A DNA stretch of 64,000 nt, taken from the NCBI GenBank assembly GCA_023458375.1, contig JAEWZT010000006.1, positions 17,581-81,580 on the forward strand, read 5' to 3'. The position numbers and the translations under genes are program-made. Below, one piece after another: positions 44,595 through 56,700 of the stretch (positions are counted from its first letter, which is position 1; each line of letters opens with the position of its first letter). The notes beneath the pieces are model-generated. The model had not been told where the DNA came from. It was given only the letters and a program-made list of their open reading frames with translations, and did no database searches. The DNA comes from Bacillota bacterium (GTDB lineage Bacteria > Bacillota > Clostridia > Christensenellales > CAG-314).

Positions 44595-45092
44595 CTATTG
44601 CCCTTTTTCAGCTACCGCGTTAAGCGCGACCGCCAGTCCCCTTACGGGCGCTTGCATCACCGATAAGAGCATGGAAAGCAATACGGGTTTGGTGGGAACG
44701 CTGGCGTAAGCCTCAACTTTTGCGCTGTCGGCAAAAGTGTTTTCAAACATACCGCATTTAATTGTAAACTTTTCAAACTTTTTGACGCATTCGGACGCGG
44801 TTTTTGCGCAGGCAAGGGCGTCCTCATGTCCGAAAGCCAAGGCGGTAGGTCCGTTAAGCGATTTGTCAAAGTCCTTGTAGCCAAGTTCGTTAAACGCGAG
44901 GCGCACTAAGGTGTTTTTCAATACTTTGTAGTCAACCTTAGCTTCTCTGAAAGATTTTCTAAGCTGCGTGTCCTGTTCAACCGTCAAGCCTTTGTAGTCC
45001 ACGATGACCACGCTTTTAGCGTTTTTAATTTTTTGCTTGATTTGGTCAACTTCTTCTCTTTTCGCTTGTCTTAAAGCATTCATTTCCTTCAC
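44595..45092 (-). CDS. rplJ: 50S ribosomal protein L10
   Basis: VVIVDYKGLTVEQDTQLRKSFREAKVDYKVLKNTL is the L10 core. The track start at 45092 is GTG, 11 nt after GGAGG. ATG 45083 is an alternative start. Confidence 0.93.
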   Translation of the reverse strand: MKEMNALRQAKREEVDQIKQKIKNAKSVVIVDYKGLTVEQDTQLRKSFREAKVDYKVLKNTLVRLAFNELGYKDFDKSLNGPTALAFGHEDALACAKTASECVKKFEKFTIKCGMFENTFADSAKVEAYASVPTKPVLLSMLLSVMQAPVRGLAVALNAVAEKGQ

Positions 45093-45257
45093 TTTGTCTT
45101 TTTCCTCCTTTACATAATTATTTTCAAATAAAAACCCTTGCAGCGTAAACGATACAAGGGTGGAGAAAACTTTTTTCTTTTTGCTTGTATCTGGGCAAGA
45201 TTTATCTTTTTACTTGCCGTCTCTGATACTAAAAGGGTATTTAGTTGTAAGTTGTTT
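45093..45257 (-). promoter_or_regulatory. rplJ 5' leader (candidate L10 autoregulatory leader with attenuator hairpin)
   Basis: The 165-nt spacer between rplA and rplJ contains GGCAAG...CTTGCC pairing. It also contains the hairpin CCCTTG-(14 nt)-CAAGGG followed by TTTTTATTT (plus 45135..45160). Firmicute L10 leaders are known attenuators. Confidence 0.45.
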
Positions 45258-45941
45258 TTAAGCGGCTTTGTAGCTTAACTTAATGCCGCCGCCCATGGTG
45301 GAAGTAATGACCACGCTTTTGAGGTATGTGCCTTTTGCGGCAGCGGGCTTAGCTTTGATGATTGCGTCCATCAGAGTTCTGAGGTTTTCCACAAGCTTTT
45401 CTTTGCCGAAGCTCTTTTTGCCGAAAATAACGTGGCATATAGCCGTCTTGTCAACGCGGTATTCAACTTTACCGGCTTTAACGTCGGTGATGGCTTTTGC
45501 GATTTCCATAGTTACGGTGCCGCTTTTGGGGTTAGGCATTAAGCCCTTAGGTCCTAAAAGCTTACCTATGCGTCCTACAAGCCCCATCATATCGGGGGTG
45601 GTTACGCATACGTCAAAGTCAAACCAGCCGCCTTGAATTTTGGCAATCATATCTTCCCCGCCTACAAAATCGGCGCCGGCGGCTTGCGCTTCGTCGGCTT
45701 TCGCACCCTTGGCGAGCGCTAAAACCCTGACTTTCTTGCCCGTGCCGTTAGGAAGAACTACGACGCCTCTTACCTGTTGGTCGGCGTGTCTGGGGTCAAC
45801 GCCCAAACGGATGTGAAGCTCCATTGTTTCGTCAAATTTTGCCGTGGCGTTATCTATCGCAAGCTGAACGGCTTCTTCAATTTCGTAAAGCTTTTGGCGT
45901 TCAATACTTTTTTCAATTGCTGCAAATCTCTTACCTTTCAT
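45258..45941 (-). CDS. rplA: 50S ribosomal protein L1
   Basis: [27 protein letters not shown]...[24 protein letters not shown]. The start is reset to ATG 45941. The track extension overlaps rplK. Confidence 0.95.
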   Translation of the reverse strand: MKGKRFAAIEKSIERQKLYEIEEAVQLAIDNATAKFDETMELHIRLGVDPRHADQQVRGVVVLPNGTGKKVRVLALAKGAKADEAQAAGADFVGGEDMIAKIQGGWFDFDVCVTTPDMMGLVGRIGKLLGPKGLMPNPKSGTVTMEIAKAITDVKAGKVEYRVDKTAICHVIFGKKSFGKEKLVENLRTLMDAIIKAKPAAAKGTYLKSVVITSTMGGGIKLSYKAA

Positions 45942-45955
45942 TTTCGTCGCCCCCC

Positions 45956-46381
45956 TTAGTCCGCTACCGTTATGCCCATGCTGCGAGCCGTCCCCGCAAT
46001 CATAGAGCAAGCAGTCTCTAAGCTGGCCGCGTTAAGGTCAACCATTTTTAGTTTGGCGATTTCTTCAATTTGCGCCTTAGTTATTTGGGCGACTTTCGTC
46101 TTGTTGGGAACTGCGCTGCCCGACTCAATACCGCATGCCTTTTTGATTAAAACGGGGGCGGGAGGAGTCTTTAAGACCATAGAAAAAGTGTGGTCTTTGA
46201 AAACGGTGATAATTACGGGAATAATAAGCCCCGCTTTATCTTGCGTCTTGGCGTTGAATTCTTTAACAAACATGGGTATGTTGCAACCCGTAGGACCAAG
46301 CGCCGAACCTACCGGCGGAGCGGGAGTCGCTTTTCCGGCGGGCAGTTGCAGTTTCACAACCGCGGTTACTTGTTTTGCCAT
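45956..46381 (-). CDS. rplK: 50S ribosomal protein L11
   Basis: [34 protein letters not shown] is the canonical L11 sequence. Confidence 0.97.
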   Translation of the reverse strand: MAKQVTAVVKLQLPAGKATPAPPVGSALGPTGCNIPMFVKEFNAKTQDKAGLIIPVIITVFKDHTFSMVLKTPPAPVLIKKACGIESGSAVPNKTKVAQITKAQIEEIAKLKMVDLNAASLETACSMIAGTARSMGITVAD

Positions 46382-46592
46382 TTTTATATCTCCTTTGTGG
46401 TAATGACGAGGGTTTTCCCTCTTCCACTGTTCCGTAATTCAATACGGAACTATTTTTCTCTTTATTTTTTACAAAACCAAAAAAATTTTGCGGTTTTGTT
46501 TTTTAATCGTCCCTCTTGCGGCAGCTATTAAAATACTGTGCGCAAAGCTTTAAAAGGTTATATTAGCTTTGCAAAAATGCGATTGCCGAGTC

Positions 46593-47123
46593 TTATTTAT
46601 CTATCGCCACAACTTGGTCAAACTCCATGTCGGTGTCAATTTCGCGCCCGAACATTGAAAGCGCCACCGTAACCTTTTGTCTTTGCTGGTCAATGGATTT
46701 AACCGTGCCTATGTGCCCTTCAAAAGCGCCCCCTATTACGCGCACGTCCTGACCGGCGCTAAGAGCGCATTCAAACTTGATGACTTCAAGTTTAAGCTTA
46801 CGCACTTCTTCGTCGGTAAGCTCCCACGCCTTTCCCTGAGGACCTACAAACCCCGTAACGCCTCTCGTATTGGTCAAAAGATACCAAATATGGGGGGAAT
46901 AAATGAGCTTAACAAAAACATAGCAGGGCATAGCCTTTGCCTCAACTACCTTTTTCTTTCCGTTGTGCTCTTCAACTATCTGCTCGGTAGGTATTTTTAT
47001 GTCGGTAATTACGTTTTGCAGATTGTTGTTGGCAACCATTTGCTCAACGCTTGCCTTGACTATCGCCTCATAACCCGCATAGGTATGCAAAACATACCAC
47101 TTAGCCTGCTTTATTTCTTCCAT
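46593..47123 (-). CDS. nusG: Transcription termination/antitermination factor NusG
   Basis: KWYVLHTYAGYE (NGN domain) and the C-terminal KOW (GQDVRVIGGAFEGHIGTVKSID). Confidence 0.95.
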   Translation of the reverse strand: MEEIKQAKWYVLHTYAGYEAIVKASVEQMVANNNLQNVITDIKIPTEQIVEEHNGKKKVVEAKAMPCYVFVKLIYSPHIWYLLTNTRGVTGFVGPQGKAWELTDEEVRKLKLEVIKFECALSAGQDVRVIGGAFEGHIGTVKSIDQQRQKVTVALSMFGREIDTDMEFDQVVAIDK

Positions 47124-47128
47124 TTATT

Positions 47129-47347
47129 TTAGCCCACTTGTGTTATAAGGCTTAAAAGCCAACCCAAGAATGCGTCCGCCGCCCCTATTATGACAAGGAA
47201 AAACAGGACTACAACCAAGACTACGCCGGTATTTTTTGCAACGGTAGTAAAACTGGGCCAAGAAACTTTTTTAAGTTCAGACCAGCTTTTTGAGAGGTGC
47301 GTGCCCAACCTGCTGAACATATTGGGACGTTTGGCTTTTTCCGCCAT
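47129..47347 (-). CDS. secE: Preprotein translocase subunit SecE
   Basis: SELKKVSWPSFTTVAKNTGVVLVVVLFFLVIIG. 72 aa, single TM, conserved position between rpmG and nusG. Confidence 0.9.
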   Translation of the reverse strand: MAEKAKRPNMFSRLGTHLSKSWSELKKVSWPSFTTVAKNTGVVLVVVLFFLVIIGAADAFLGWLLSLITQVG

Positions 47348-47362
47348 AGTAATCTCCTCCTG

Positions 47363-47527
47363 TTATTTTGCTTCCTTGTGAGTGGTGTGCTTTTGGCAAG
47401 TGGAACAATACTTCGTCAGCTCCAATTTTTCCGCAGTGTTTTTTGTGTTTTTCATATTGTCGTAATTGCGGTTCTTACATTCGGTGCAAGCAAGCGTAAT
47501 TTTGACTCTGTTGCCTTTTTTAGCCAT
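47363..47527 (-). CDS. rpmG: 50S ribosomal protein L33 (C4 zinc type)
   Basis: [54 protein letters not shown]. The start is reset to ATG 47527, preceded by GGAGAG. Confidence 0.93.
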   Translation of the reverse strand: MAKKGNRVKITLACTECKNRNYDNMKNTKNTAEKLELTKYCSTCQKHTTHKEAK

Positions 47528-47588
47528 TTTTTTCTCTCCGTTTTGTTTTTCAACGCGAAAAATTAACACCCTTTAAAGGTGCTAGGTA

Positions 47589-47617
47589 ATAATAACACAG
47601 ATGCAACAGGCTGTCAA
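47589..47617 (-). promoter_or_regulatory. Consensus-like sigma-A promoter for rpmG-secE-nusG-rplK...
   Basis: On the minus strand: TTGACA (47617..47612), 17 nt spacer, TATTAT (47594..47589), about 60 nt upstream of rpmG. Confidence 0.6.
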
Positions 47618-48228
47618 CGGATTACCCCAAAAAAATCTTGGGCAAAACCTCCCTGCACCCGAAAAAGCTTAGCCCGCCTCCAAAATTGTTTGCGTTATTT
47701 ACCCAAGAAAAGCGCTCTGTAAGATTTTAAAAAAACGCCGAAAGAGAAAAGGGGCTGGTTTAGCCCCTTTTCCCTGTAAAAACGAAAAGTTACAAAAAGA
47801 AAAATAAGTTGAAAGATATATTCAAGTTACCCGTGTTACTTTTGCGCTTTTTATATACTCTTTGCGTATTTTTCTACCATGATACATAAAATGTATTCTA
47901 TTGTCAAGGTATAAGCAAATTTTTTTGTTATTTTCCGCAATATCTTTGTGAAAGATGAAATATTATGCAAGATTTTGCTCAACATATAACTAGAAAATTC
48001 TCTTTGTTTAAAGACACAAACTTACTACTTTAAATGACGGACAAAAAAGGCGTGAATTACAAAGGAATTTTAACTGATAAATCCCTGCAAGAAGGGAAGA
48101 GGGGCGCGGCAAAATTAAAGCGCGGAAAACTTACGCGCCGCCGCACAAAAAAGGGCAGAGTATGCAAACAGTTTGCGGTTGCCTTTTCATTAAGACCTTC
48201 TTGCTTAAAGGCAAAAATAAAAACAACA

Positions 48229-48438
48229 ATGAAAGAAGAAGTGGGTAAAAGGTTAAAAGAGTGCCGATTGGCGTGCAAAATGACTCAGCGGCAGGTGGCG
48301 CAGAAGTTACGCGTCGCTCAACCGGTATATCAGCGCTACGAGGCGGGCATATACGAGTGCAGCTACGAGCAATTGGCTTCTTTGTGCGCTTTATTTGACG
48401 TTTCCGCCGACTATCTTTTAGGTATTAAATATTTCTAA
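48229..48438 (+). CDS. Small XRE-family helix-turn-helix protein (69 aa)
   Basis: VGKRLKECRLACKMTQRQVAQKLRVAQPVYQRYEAGIYECSYEQLASLCALFDVSADYLLG is a complete HTH_3 domain. I prefer ATG 48229 for the start. The 65-aa K/R-rich extension in the track is not domain-like. The SD is weak, so the start is uncertain. Confidence 0.6.
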   Translation: MKEEVGKRLKECRLACKMTQRQVAQKLRVAQPVYQRYEAGIYECSYEQLASLCALFDVSADYLLGIKYF

Positions 48439-49059
48439 GACTGTAATACCTTTACTTTTTTATCTTATTATATTTTTTCCGCCGCTTTTTCAACTTATAT
48501 TTAATTTTAAGCAACATAAACAAGTAAGGGCAATGATTTTTTTCCGCCGCCTTTTTTTGTCTTAACGTTTGAGAAATGTAAGGGGGCAAAAACAAGCGAA
48601 AAATGTTTTCTTTTTACAATGCGTCAAAATCTAACTTCCGAATGGCAAAATTCAATAACCGCTGATAAACAACGGTAAAATTATATTATATGAATAAAGT
48701 TTTTACTTTTCTTAATGACGCTTTTTTATTTAGTCATATTTTAATTAAACAATAAAACTTCACCGCAATATTTTCAAAATTTTTATAGCAATATAACAAA
48801 CTGTATTATAATTTAATAATAGTTTTAGACGGAATTATCATAATATTTCGGATTATAGCAAATATAATTTTTCTGATTTCTCAAAACCTTTTTTCATATA
48901 AACAATATAAAATATTTTCTCTAAACCTTTATATAAATACTTTAACTGGAATTGGCTATCAAGTTTTAATTAAAATCTTGCAAAGCCAAGTTCTTACAAG
49001 TTGCCAAAATCCAAGGCCAAAAATTAAAAAAATTGTCAATAGCTTGTTTTTGAAAAACA

Positions 49060-49090
49060 AAAAAACCTTGCATTTGCAAGGCTTTTTTGT
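49060..49090 (-). terminator. Bidirectional-type intrinsic terminator after tuf
   Basis: AAAAAACCTTGC-ATTT-GCAAGGCTTTTTT, 20 nt beyond the tuf stop. Confidence 0.75.
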
Positions 49091-49109
49091 CTATTTTCGT
49101 TATTTAAAA

Positions 49110-50321
49110 TTAATCGGGTAAAATCTTGGAAACTACGCCGCTTCCTACCGTTCTGCCGCCTTCGCGGATAGCGAAACGCAATCCTTCTTCTACGGCAATG
49201 GGGGTGATTAACTTAACGACTATCTTGGTGTGGTCGCCGGGCATTACCATTTCTACGCCCTTTTCAAGCTCAATTGAACCTGTAACGTCGGTGGTGCGGA
49301 AGTAGAATTGGGGACGGTAGCCGTTAAAGAAAGGACTGTGGCGTCCGCCTTCTTCCTTGGTCAAAACGTATACTTGACCTTCAAAGTTCTTGTGGGGGTG
49401 AATGCTCTTGGGCTTGGAAACAACCTGGCCTCTTTCAATGTCGTCTCTTTTGATACCGCGTAGCAGTAAGCCTACGTTGTCGCCCGCAACAGCGCTGTCA
49501 AGCAGCTTACGGAACATTTCAACGCCCGTTACAACCGTGGTGGTGATTTCGTCTTTAAGTCCTACGATTTCAACCGTGTCGCCCATTTTGATTTCGCCGC
49601 GCTCTACTCTGCCGGTAGCGACGGTGCCGCGACCGGTAATGGTAAATACGTCTTCTACGGGCATCAAGAAAGGTTTGTCGGTAGCTCTTTGGGGAGTGGG
49701 GACATAGCTGTCAACTGCGTCCATAAGTTCGTGAATGCACTTGAAAGCGGGGTCGTCCTTGCCTTTGCCCGCCAAAGCCGCGTCCATAGCAACTTTTGCG
49801 CTTCCCTTAATGATGGGGATATCGTCGCCGGGGAACTCGTATTTGGAAAGAAGGTCTCTGACTTCCATTTCAACAAGCTCTAACAGCTCGGGGTCGTCAA
49901 CAAGGTCGGTTTTATTCATAAATACCACGATATAGGGCACGCCTACCTGACGGGCTAAAAGAATATGCTCTCTCGTTTGGGGCATGGGACCGTCTGCGGC
50001 GGAAACCACCAGTATAGCGCCGTCCATTTGAGCGGCGCCGGTAATCATATTTTTAACGTAGTCGGCGTGTCCGGGGCAGTCAACGTGCGCGTAGTGGCGA
50101 GCATCAGTTTGATACTCAACGTGGGAAGTGTTGATAGTAATGCCTCTTTCCTTTTCTTCGGGAGCTTTGTCAATTTCGTCATACTTCATTACCGCGGCTT
50201 TGCCTTCCATACTCATAACCATAGTAATAGCTGCGGTTAAGGTAGTCTTGCCGTGGTCAACGTGACCGATAGTACCGATATTTACGTGCGGTTTACTTCT
50301 GTCAAATTTTTGCTTTGCCAT
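49110..50321 (-). CDS. tuf: Elongation factor Tu
   Basis: [36 protein letters not shown] and NKTD. 403 aa. Confidence 0.98.
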   Translation of the reverse strand: MAKQKFDRSKPHVNIGTIGHVDHGKTTLTAAITMVMSMEGKAAVMKYDEIDKAPEEKERGITINTSHVEYQTDARHYAHVDCPGHADYVKNMITGAAQMDGAILVVSAADGPMPQTREHILLARQVGVPYIVVFMNKTDLVDDPELLELVEMEVRDLLSKYEFPGDDIPIIKGSAKVAMDAALAGKGKDDPAFKCIHELMDAVDSYVPTPQRATDKPFLMPVEDVFTITGRGTVATGRVERGEIKMGDTVEIVGLKDEITTTVVTGVEMFRKLLDSAVAGDNVGLLLRGIKRDDIERGQVVSKPKSIHPHKNFEGQVYVLTKEEGGRHSPFFNGYRPQFYFRTTDVTGSIELEKGVEMVMPGDHTKIVVKLITPIAVEEGLRFAIREGGRTVGSGVVSKILPD

Positions 50322-50544
50322 TTTTTACCTCCTAAAAACTGGTCGTTAATTTTTATAATATTTTGTGTTTTTTTAAGTTTTATGCCTTTTAAAGCATTTG
50401 ACTTACATGGTTCTTTTGCTTGCCTTTTTAAAGCAAAGGCTTATGGCTTATTGGTCTTTAAAACCGTTAAGGCATAATTGCCTTTATAGATTATAACTTA
50501 TAATTGTCTTTTGGTCTATCGTTTTTTTGCAAAATGTTATGCGC

Positions 50545-52632
50545 TTAAAGACCTAAAAGCTTGCGCTTGACGACTTCCGACACCTTGACGAAATGCTGGA
50601 ACTGCATTGCGTAAGTGCCCCGCCCCTGCGTCATATTTCTTAAACTCGTGGCGTAGCCGAACATTTCCGAAAGGGGCACGTTGGCGGCGATAATTTGGAC
50701 GGCGTTTATAGGCTCAATGCCCAAAATGCTGCCCCTGCGCGAGGTGATATTGCCCATTACGTCGCCCAAATATTCTTCGGGCAATGTAATTTCCACTTTC
50801 ATTAACGGTTCAAGCAAAATAGGTTCCGCTTTTTGAGCCGCCTCCCTAAACGCTAATGCGCCGCAAGTTTTAAAAGCGATTTCACTGCTGTCAACTTCGT
50901 GTGAAGACCCGTCTAATATCGTCGCTTTTATATCAATGGCTTCGTAACCGGCGACTATGCCGCCGTGAGCCGCTTCTTTAACGCCCTGCATAACGGCGGG
51001 AATATATTCCTTGGGAATAGCTCCCCCCACCGTTTCGTCCTCAACTATAATGCCGCTTCCCGCGGGCAGCGGTTCAACTTGCAGCACGACGTGCGCATAT
51101 GCGCCCCGCCCGCCCGACTGACGCACGAATTTGGTGTTAGCCGACGCCGTTTTGGAAATGGTTTCCCTAAACGACACCTGCGGCTTGCCAATGTTGGCTT
51201 CCACGCGGAACTCTCTTAGCAACCTGTCAACGATGATTTCCAAATGCAGTTCGCCCATGCCGGAAATAATGATTTGCCCCGTTTCCTTGTCAACATAAGT
51301 TTTGAAGGTGGGGTCCTCTTCCGCAAGGCGGGCAAGAGCCTCCATCATACGCTCTCCCCCCTGCTTGGTCTTGGGTTCAATGGCGACTTTAATGACAGGC
51401 TGGGGGAAAGTCATTGCTTCAAGCGCTATTTGGGCGCCCTCGCTGCAAAGCGTGTCTCCCGTCGTCGTTTCTTTAAGCCCTACTACGGCTACTATTTCAC
51501 CGGCGTAGGTTTCCTCTATTTCCTGCCTTTGGTTGGAGTGCATTTGCAAAACTTTGCTTATTCGCTCTCTTTTGCCCTTGCTGCTATTGAAAACGTAACT
51601 TCCCGCCGACAGCTTGCCGCTGTAAACCCTGACATAAACAAGCTTGCCCACAAAGGGGTCGGCAACGATTTTAAAAGCGATGCCGCAAAAGGGCTGGCTG
51701 TCTGACGCGTGCCTTATTTCCTTTTTATCTCTGTCTTTGAGCGAAAACCCCTCTACGCCGTCAACGTCGGCGGGGGAGGGCAAATAATCGCATACTGCGT
51801 CCAAAAGCAGCTGAACGCCTTTGTTGCGGTATGACGAGCCGCAAAGCACGGGGGTAACTTCCAGCGCGATAGTGGCTTTTCTAAGCCCCTGCTTGATTTC
51901 GCTTATTGATAAGGGCTGCCCCGTTAAAAATTTTTCCGTCAGCGCGTCGTCGCGCCCCGCGACAAACTCCTCGATGTCTCCCCTGTATTTTTGCGCAATT
52001 AAACGCAAATCGTCGGGAATGGCTTTTTCCTCAAAGGTAATGCCCGAGGGGTCGGTGAAATAATACGCCTTGTTTTCTATTACGTCCGCCATACCGATAA
52101 AGTTTTCTTCTTTGCCTATGGGTATTTGGACGGGCATAGCTTTGGTGTGCAGCCTTTTGCACATCATGGCGATTACGTTTTCAAAGTTAGCGCCCTTTAT
52201 GTCCATTTTATTAATAAAGGCGATTTTGGGCACTTTGTATTTTGTAGCTTGATGCCAGACAGTTTCGCTTTGGGGCTCAACCCCTCCCTTGGCGCAGAAA
52301 ACCGCGACCGCCCCGTCAAGCACTCTTAAACTTCTTTCCACTTCAACGGTGAAGTCTACGTGCCCCGGAGTATCAATTAAATTTATGCGGTAGTCTATGC
52401 CGTCAAAGCGGTTAATCCAGTGAACGGTAGTGGCCGCCGAAGCGATAGTAATTCCCCTTTCCTGTTCTTGCGCCATTGAGTCCATAACGGCTGTGCCTTC
52501 GTGCACCTCCCCTATTTTCCTCGTTTTGCCTGAGAAGAAAAGGATTCTTTCGCTCGTGGTGGTTTTGCCCGCGTCTATATGCGCCATTATTCCTATATTG
52601 CGCACGTGTTGTAAAGGATACTGTCTTGCCAT
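50545..52632 (-). CDS. fusA: Elongation factor G
   Basis: [34 protein letters not shown] and NKMD. The start is reset to ATG 52632, 13 nt after the rpsG stop, with no clear SD. Confidence 0.95.
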   Translation of the reverse strand: MARQYPLQHVRNIGIMAHIDAGKTTTSERILFFSGKTRKIGEVHEGTAVMDSMAQEQERGITIASAATTVHWINRFDGIDYRINLIDTPGHVDFTVEVERSLRVLDGAVAVFCAKGGVEPQSETVWHQATKYKVPKIAFINKMDIKGANFENVIAMMCKRLHTKAMPVQIPIGKEENFIGMADVIENKAYYFTDPSGITFEEKAIPDDLRLIAQKYRGDIEEFVAGRDDALTEKFLTGQPLSISEIKQGLRKATIALEVTPVLCGSSYRNKGVQLLLDAVCDYLPSPADVDGVEGFSLKDRDKKEIRHASDSQPFCGIAFKIVADPFVGKLVYVRVYSGKLSAGSYVFNSSKGKRERISKVLQMHSNQRQEIEETYAGEIVAVVGLKETTTGDTLCSEGAQIALEAMTFPQPVIKVAIEPKTKQGGERMMEALARLAEEDPTFKTYVDKETGQIIISGMGELHLEIIVDRLLREFRVEANIGKPQVSFRETISKTASANTKFVRQSGGRGAYAHVVLQVEPLPAGSGIIVEDETVGGAIPKEYIPAVMQGVKEAAHGGIVAGYEAIDIKATILDGSSHEVDSSEIAFKTCGALAFREAAQKAEPILLEPLMKVEITLPEEYLGDVMGNITSRRGSILGIEPINAVQIIAANVPLSEMFGYATSLRNMTQGRGTYAMQFQHFVKVSEVVKRKLLGL

Positions 52633-52645
52633 AATTTTTTTCTTA

Positions 52646-53116
52646 TTACCAACGGTAGTGTGCAAAAGCCTTGTTGGCTTCCGCCATACGGTGCATGTCT
52701 TCCTTTTTCTTTACCGCGTTGCCTGCGCCGTTATAGGCGTCCATAAGTTCGCCCGCCAAACGCTGATACATTTCTTTTTCCCCTCTTTTTCTGGAAAACT
52801 GCACAAGCCATCTTATAGCAAGCGTCTGACGTCTTTCAGGGCGTATTTCCATAGGAACTTGATAGTTGCTGCCTCCTACGCGCCTTGCCTTGACCTCTAA
52901 AACGGGCATAATGTTATTGATTGCCTGGTTGAATACTTCCATGGGGTCAACGTTCATCTTTTCTTTTATAATATCAAAGGCTCCGTAAACTATTTGTTGC
53001 GCCGTGCCTTTTTTGCCGTCAAGCATAATTTGGTTTACGACCTTTGTCACCACCTTGCTGTTGTGAATTGGGTCGGGAAGAACGTCTCTTTTTGGGACTC
53101 CGCTTCTTCTTGGCAT
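52646..53116 (-). CDS. rpsG: 30S ribosomal protein S7
   Basis: [36 protein letters not shown] is canonical S7. Confidence 0.97.
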   Translation of the reverse strand: MPRRSGVPKRDVLPDPIHNSKVVTKVVNQIMLDGKKGTAQQIVYGAFDIIKEKMNVDPMEVFNQAINNIMPVLEVKARRVGGSNYQVPMEIRPERRQTLAIRWLVQFSRKRGEKEMYQRLAGELMDAYNGAGNAVKKKEDMHRMAEANKAFAHYRW

Positions 53117-53299
53117 TGTTTTTACCTCCTTCTGATTTTTGTTTAATGCCTTTTTTTGTTTTTCATTTTAGATACAGCTTACTCAACGGCTGTTTGCCGG
53201 AGAAACTTCTGCCTTTTTTGGCATACTGCCTATCTAGTGAAGGGCTTAAACAATAATCTTTTGTCCAATCACTAAATGCTGTAACTAATTTAAGCGTTT

Positions 53300-53674
53300 T
53301 TACTTCTTGGGACGCTTAGCGCCGTATTTACTTCTGCCTTGCTTGCGGTTTGCTACGCCTGTTGTGTCAAGCGTGCCGCGAATGACGTGGTAACGGACAC
53401 CGGGCAAGTCGCGAACCCTGCCGCCGCGGATAAGCACAACGCTGTGCTCTTGCAAGTTGTGCCCTTCGCCGGGAATGTAGCACGTGCCTTCTTCACCGTT
53501 GGTGCGGCGCACTCTTGCGATTTTTCTCATTGCGGAATTAGGTTTTTTGGGGGTGGTGGTAGTTACCGAAAGGCATACGCCTCTTCTTTGCGGGCTGTTG
53601 CCCAGCATGGGAGATTTGCTCTTTTCCACCTCGCTCTTTCTGCCCTGTCTAATTAGTTGGTTGATTGTCGCCAT
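53300..53674 (-). CDS. rpsL: 30S ribosomal protein S12
   Basis: [13 protein letters not shown]...[19 protein letters not shown] is canonical S12. Confidence 0.97.
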   Translation of the reverse strand: MATINQLIRQGRKSEVEKSKSPMLGNSPQRRGVCLSVTTTTPKKPNSAMRKIARVRRTNGEEGTCYIPGEGHNLQEHSVVLIRGGRVRDLPGVRYHVIRGTLDTTGVANRKQGRSKYGAKRPKK

Positions 53675-53762
53675 TTTTTACCTCCTTTACATAGTGATTG
53701 GTTTATAACAAAGCCAAAGCATATAATACTTAACGGCTCTTTATTTGTCAAGCGCTGTAAAC

Positions 53763-56700
53763 TTAAAATTCGTCCTCAAACATTACGTCGTTTTCCGTAA
53801 TGGTGTCTATAATCTCTTTTACGTTATAACTGCGGTATTCTTTAAGCCCCGTGCCCGCCGTTAAAAGCTTGCCTATAATTACGTTTTCTTTAAGCCCGAA
53901 CAAGGGGTCAATCTTATTTTTAATAGCCGCTTCCGTCAAAACTCTGCTCGTTTCCTGGAATGACGCCGCCGACAGCCAGCTTTCGGTAGCTAAGCTTGCC
54001 TTTGTAATGCCCAAAAGCGTTCTCTTTGCCGCCGCGGGTTTTCCGCCTTCTTCCAATACGCGCATATTTTCGTCGTCAAAGCGGAAGGTGTCAATTTGTT
54101 CGCCGGGAAGCAGCTTGGTGTCCCCCGCGTCTTCCACCTTAACCTTTTTAAGCATTTGTCTGATTATTATTTCAACGTGCTTGTCGTTTATTGTAACGCC
54201 CTGCTGGCGGTAAACGGACTGCACTTCTTTCAACAGATATTCCTGCACCGCCCTTATGCCCTTTGTTTTAAGCAAATCGTGGGGATAAACAGGACCTTCC
54301 GTAAGCGCGTCGCCGCTCGTTACGTTATCCCCCTCCGCCACTTTAATGCGCGCGGTATAAGGAATGTCGTAAGCTTTGGTTAAATTTCCGTCGGAAACTG
54401 TTACGGTGCGCTTGTTTTCCTTGTCGGTAATTACCACTCTGCCGTTGTTTTCGCACAAAATAGCAACACCCTTGGGGCGCCTCGCCTCAAACAATTCTTC
54501 AACTCTGGGCAAGCCCTGCGTAATGTCTTCCGTCGTAGCTACGCCGCCCGTATGGAAGGTTCTCATGGTAAGCTGCGTTCCCGGTTCGCCTATACTTTGC
54601 GCGGCTATTACGCCTACCGCTTCGCCCAAAGGAACTTGGCTGTTGTTTGCCATATTTTTGCCGTAACATTTTGCGCAAATACCCTGCTTGCTACGGCACG
54701 TCAGCACCGTTCTGCAATTGACGCTTTCAATGCCGGCGCTTTCAATAATTTTCGCCGCTTCGTCTGAAATCATTGTGTCGGCTTTTGCCAAAACTTCTCC
54801 CGTAGCGGGGTTGACTACGTCTTCTATCGCGTATCTGCCCGCAATTCTGTCGGAAATCTTTTCCACAATGCCGCCGTCGCTTGCCTTAATTGCCATAAGG
54901 CGTGTGCCTTGCGGGCGCGCCCCCGCGAAACAATCCTCTTCGCGCACAATTACATCGTGCGAAACGTCAACAAGACGCCTTGTAAGATAGCCCGAGTCCG
55001 CCGTCTTAATGGCCGTGTCCGCCTGTCCTTTGCGTCCGCCGTGGGAAGAAATAAAATATTCCAAAACGCTTAGTCCCTCGCGGAAGTTTGCTTTAACGGG
55101 AAGTTCAATGGTTTTGCCCGAAGGGTCGGTCATAAGTCCGCGCATACCGCAAAGCTGGTTAATCTGTGACATGCTACCGCGCGCGCCCGAGTGAGCCATC
55201 ATCCAAATGGGGTTGAACTTCGTCAAGCTTTTTTGCAGCTCCGACTTAACCTCGTCCGTTGCCGTCTTCCACTTTTCAACCACTTCCTTATAGCGTTCCT
55301 CGTCGGTGATTAAGCCTTGTTGGTAAGCTTCCTCAATTTCCAATACCTTGTCGCCCGTCTTTTTGAGAATATCCTTTTTTGCCTTGGGGATATGCATATC
55401 AAACACGCTTGCGGTAATGCCCGAAACGGTGCTGTATTTGTAGCCCAAGTCCTTAATTTTGTCAAGCAGCTCGGAAGTGGGGGTAGTGCCGTGTATTTTA
55501 TAGCAGCGCGCCACAATTTCCGAAAGCCTGCTCAAATCTATAAGTCTGTCAAGCTCTAAATTGAGCATTTCTTCGGGAGTATTTCTGTTTACAAATCCTA
55601 AGTCTTGGGGAATGGCATTGTTAAAAATCATTCTCCCCACCGTAGTGCGAAGGATTTTAGAGTAAGTTTTGCCCTCTATTTCCTTGCTTACGCGTATATT
55701 TACAATGGATTGAAGCTCAATGTCTTTGGAGTTGTAAGCCAAAACTGCCTCTTCCACGCTTGAAAAGCTTTTGCCTATGCAGTCGCGGTGCCCCGCCCTT
55801 GCAAGCTCAAAGTCGGTAACTTTGAAAATGTCGCAATCCATGCCCTGCGGCTTGCGGTAGCCGCCCTTGGCGCCCTCTTTGTCAATGGTGAGGTAATAGC
55901 AGCCCAAAACCATGTCTTTTGTGGGGGATACCACAGGTCTGCCGTCAGAAAGTTTTAAGATATTATTGCTTGCAAGCATCAAATACCTGGCTTCCGTTTG
56001 AGCCTCAATGGACAAAGGAACGTGAACTGCCATTTGGTCGCCGTCAAAGTCGGCGTTAAAAGCCGTGCATGCCAAGGGGTGAAGCTTAATAGCCCTTCCT
56101 TCAATTAACACCGGCTCAAAGGCTTGAATGGATAATTTATGAAGGGTAGGCGCGCGATTAAGCAAAATGGGGTGGTCCTTAATGACTTCTTCCAGACAGT
56201 CCCAAACTTTGCTGTCAGCTCTTTCTGCGCGTTTCCTCGCGTTTTTAATGTTGGTGCATTGTCCAGTGTCCACAAGCATGCGCATTACGAAGGGACGGAA
56301 CAGCTCTAATGCCATTTCTTTGGGCAGACCGCACTGGTGCATTTTAAGTTCCGGTCCTACGACTATAACGGAACGCCCCGAATAGTCAACGCGCTTTCCC
56401 AAAAGGTTTTGACGGAAACGCCCCTGCTTGCCGCGTAGCATACCCGACAAACTCTTATATTCGCGGTTGCCCGCCCCTGTTTGCGGGCGCTTGCTGCGGC
56501 TGTTGTCAATTAAGCTGTCCACCGCTTCTTGCAGCATGCGCTTTTCGTTGTTGATTAAAATGGTAGGCGCGCTCATTTCCAGCAGCTTTTTAAGCCTGTT
56601 GTTGCGCGTAATTACCCTTCTGTATAAGTCGTTTAAGTCGCTTGTGGCGTATCTGCCGCCGTCAAGCGGAACCATGGGTCGTATTTCGGGGGGCAAAACG

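Noticed and set aside
48034-48228. 65-aa K/R-rich N-terminal extension of the XRE ORF
   Set aside because: It is not domain-like (KRGAAKLKRGKLTRRRTKKGR). The HTH domain is complete from ATG 48229. Neither start has a strong SD, so the choice remains uncertain.
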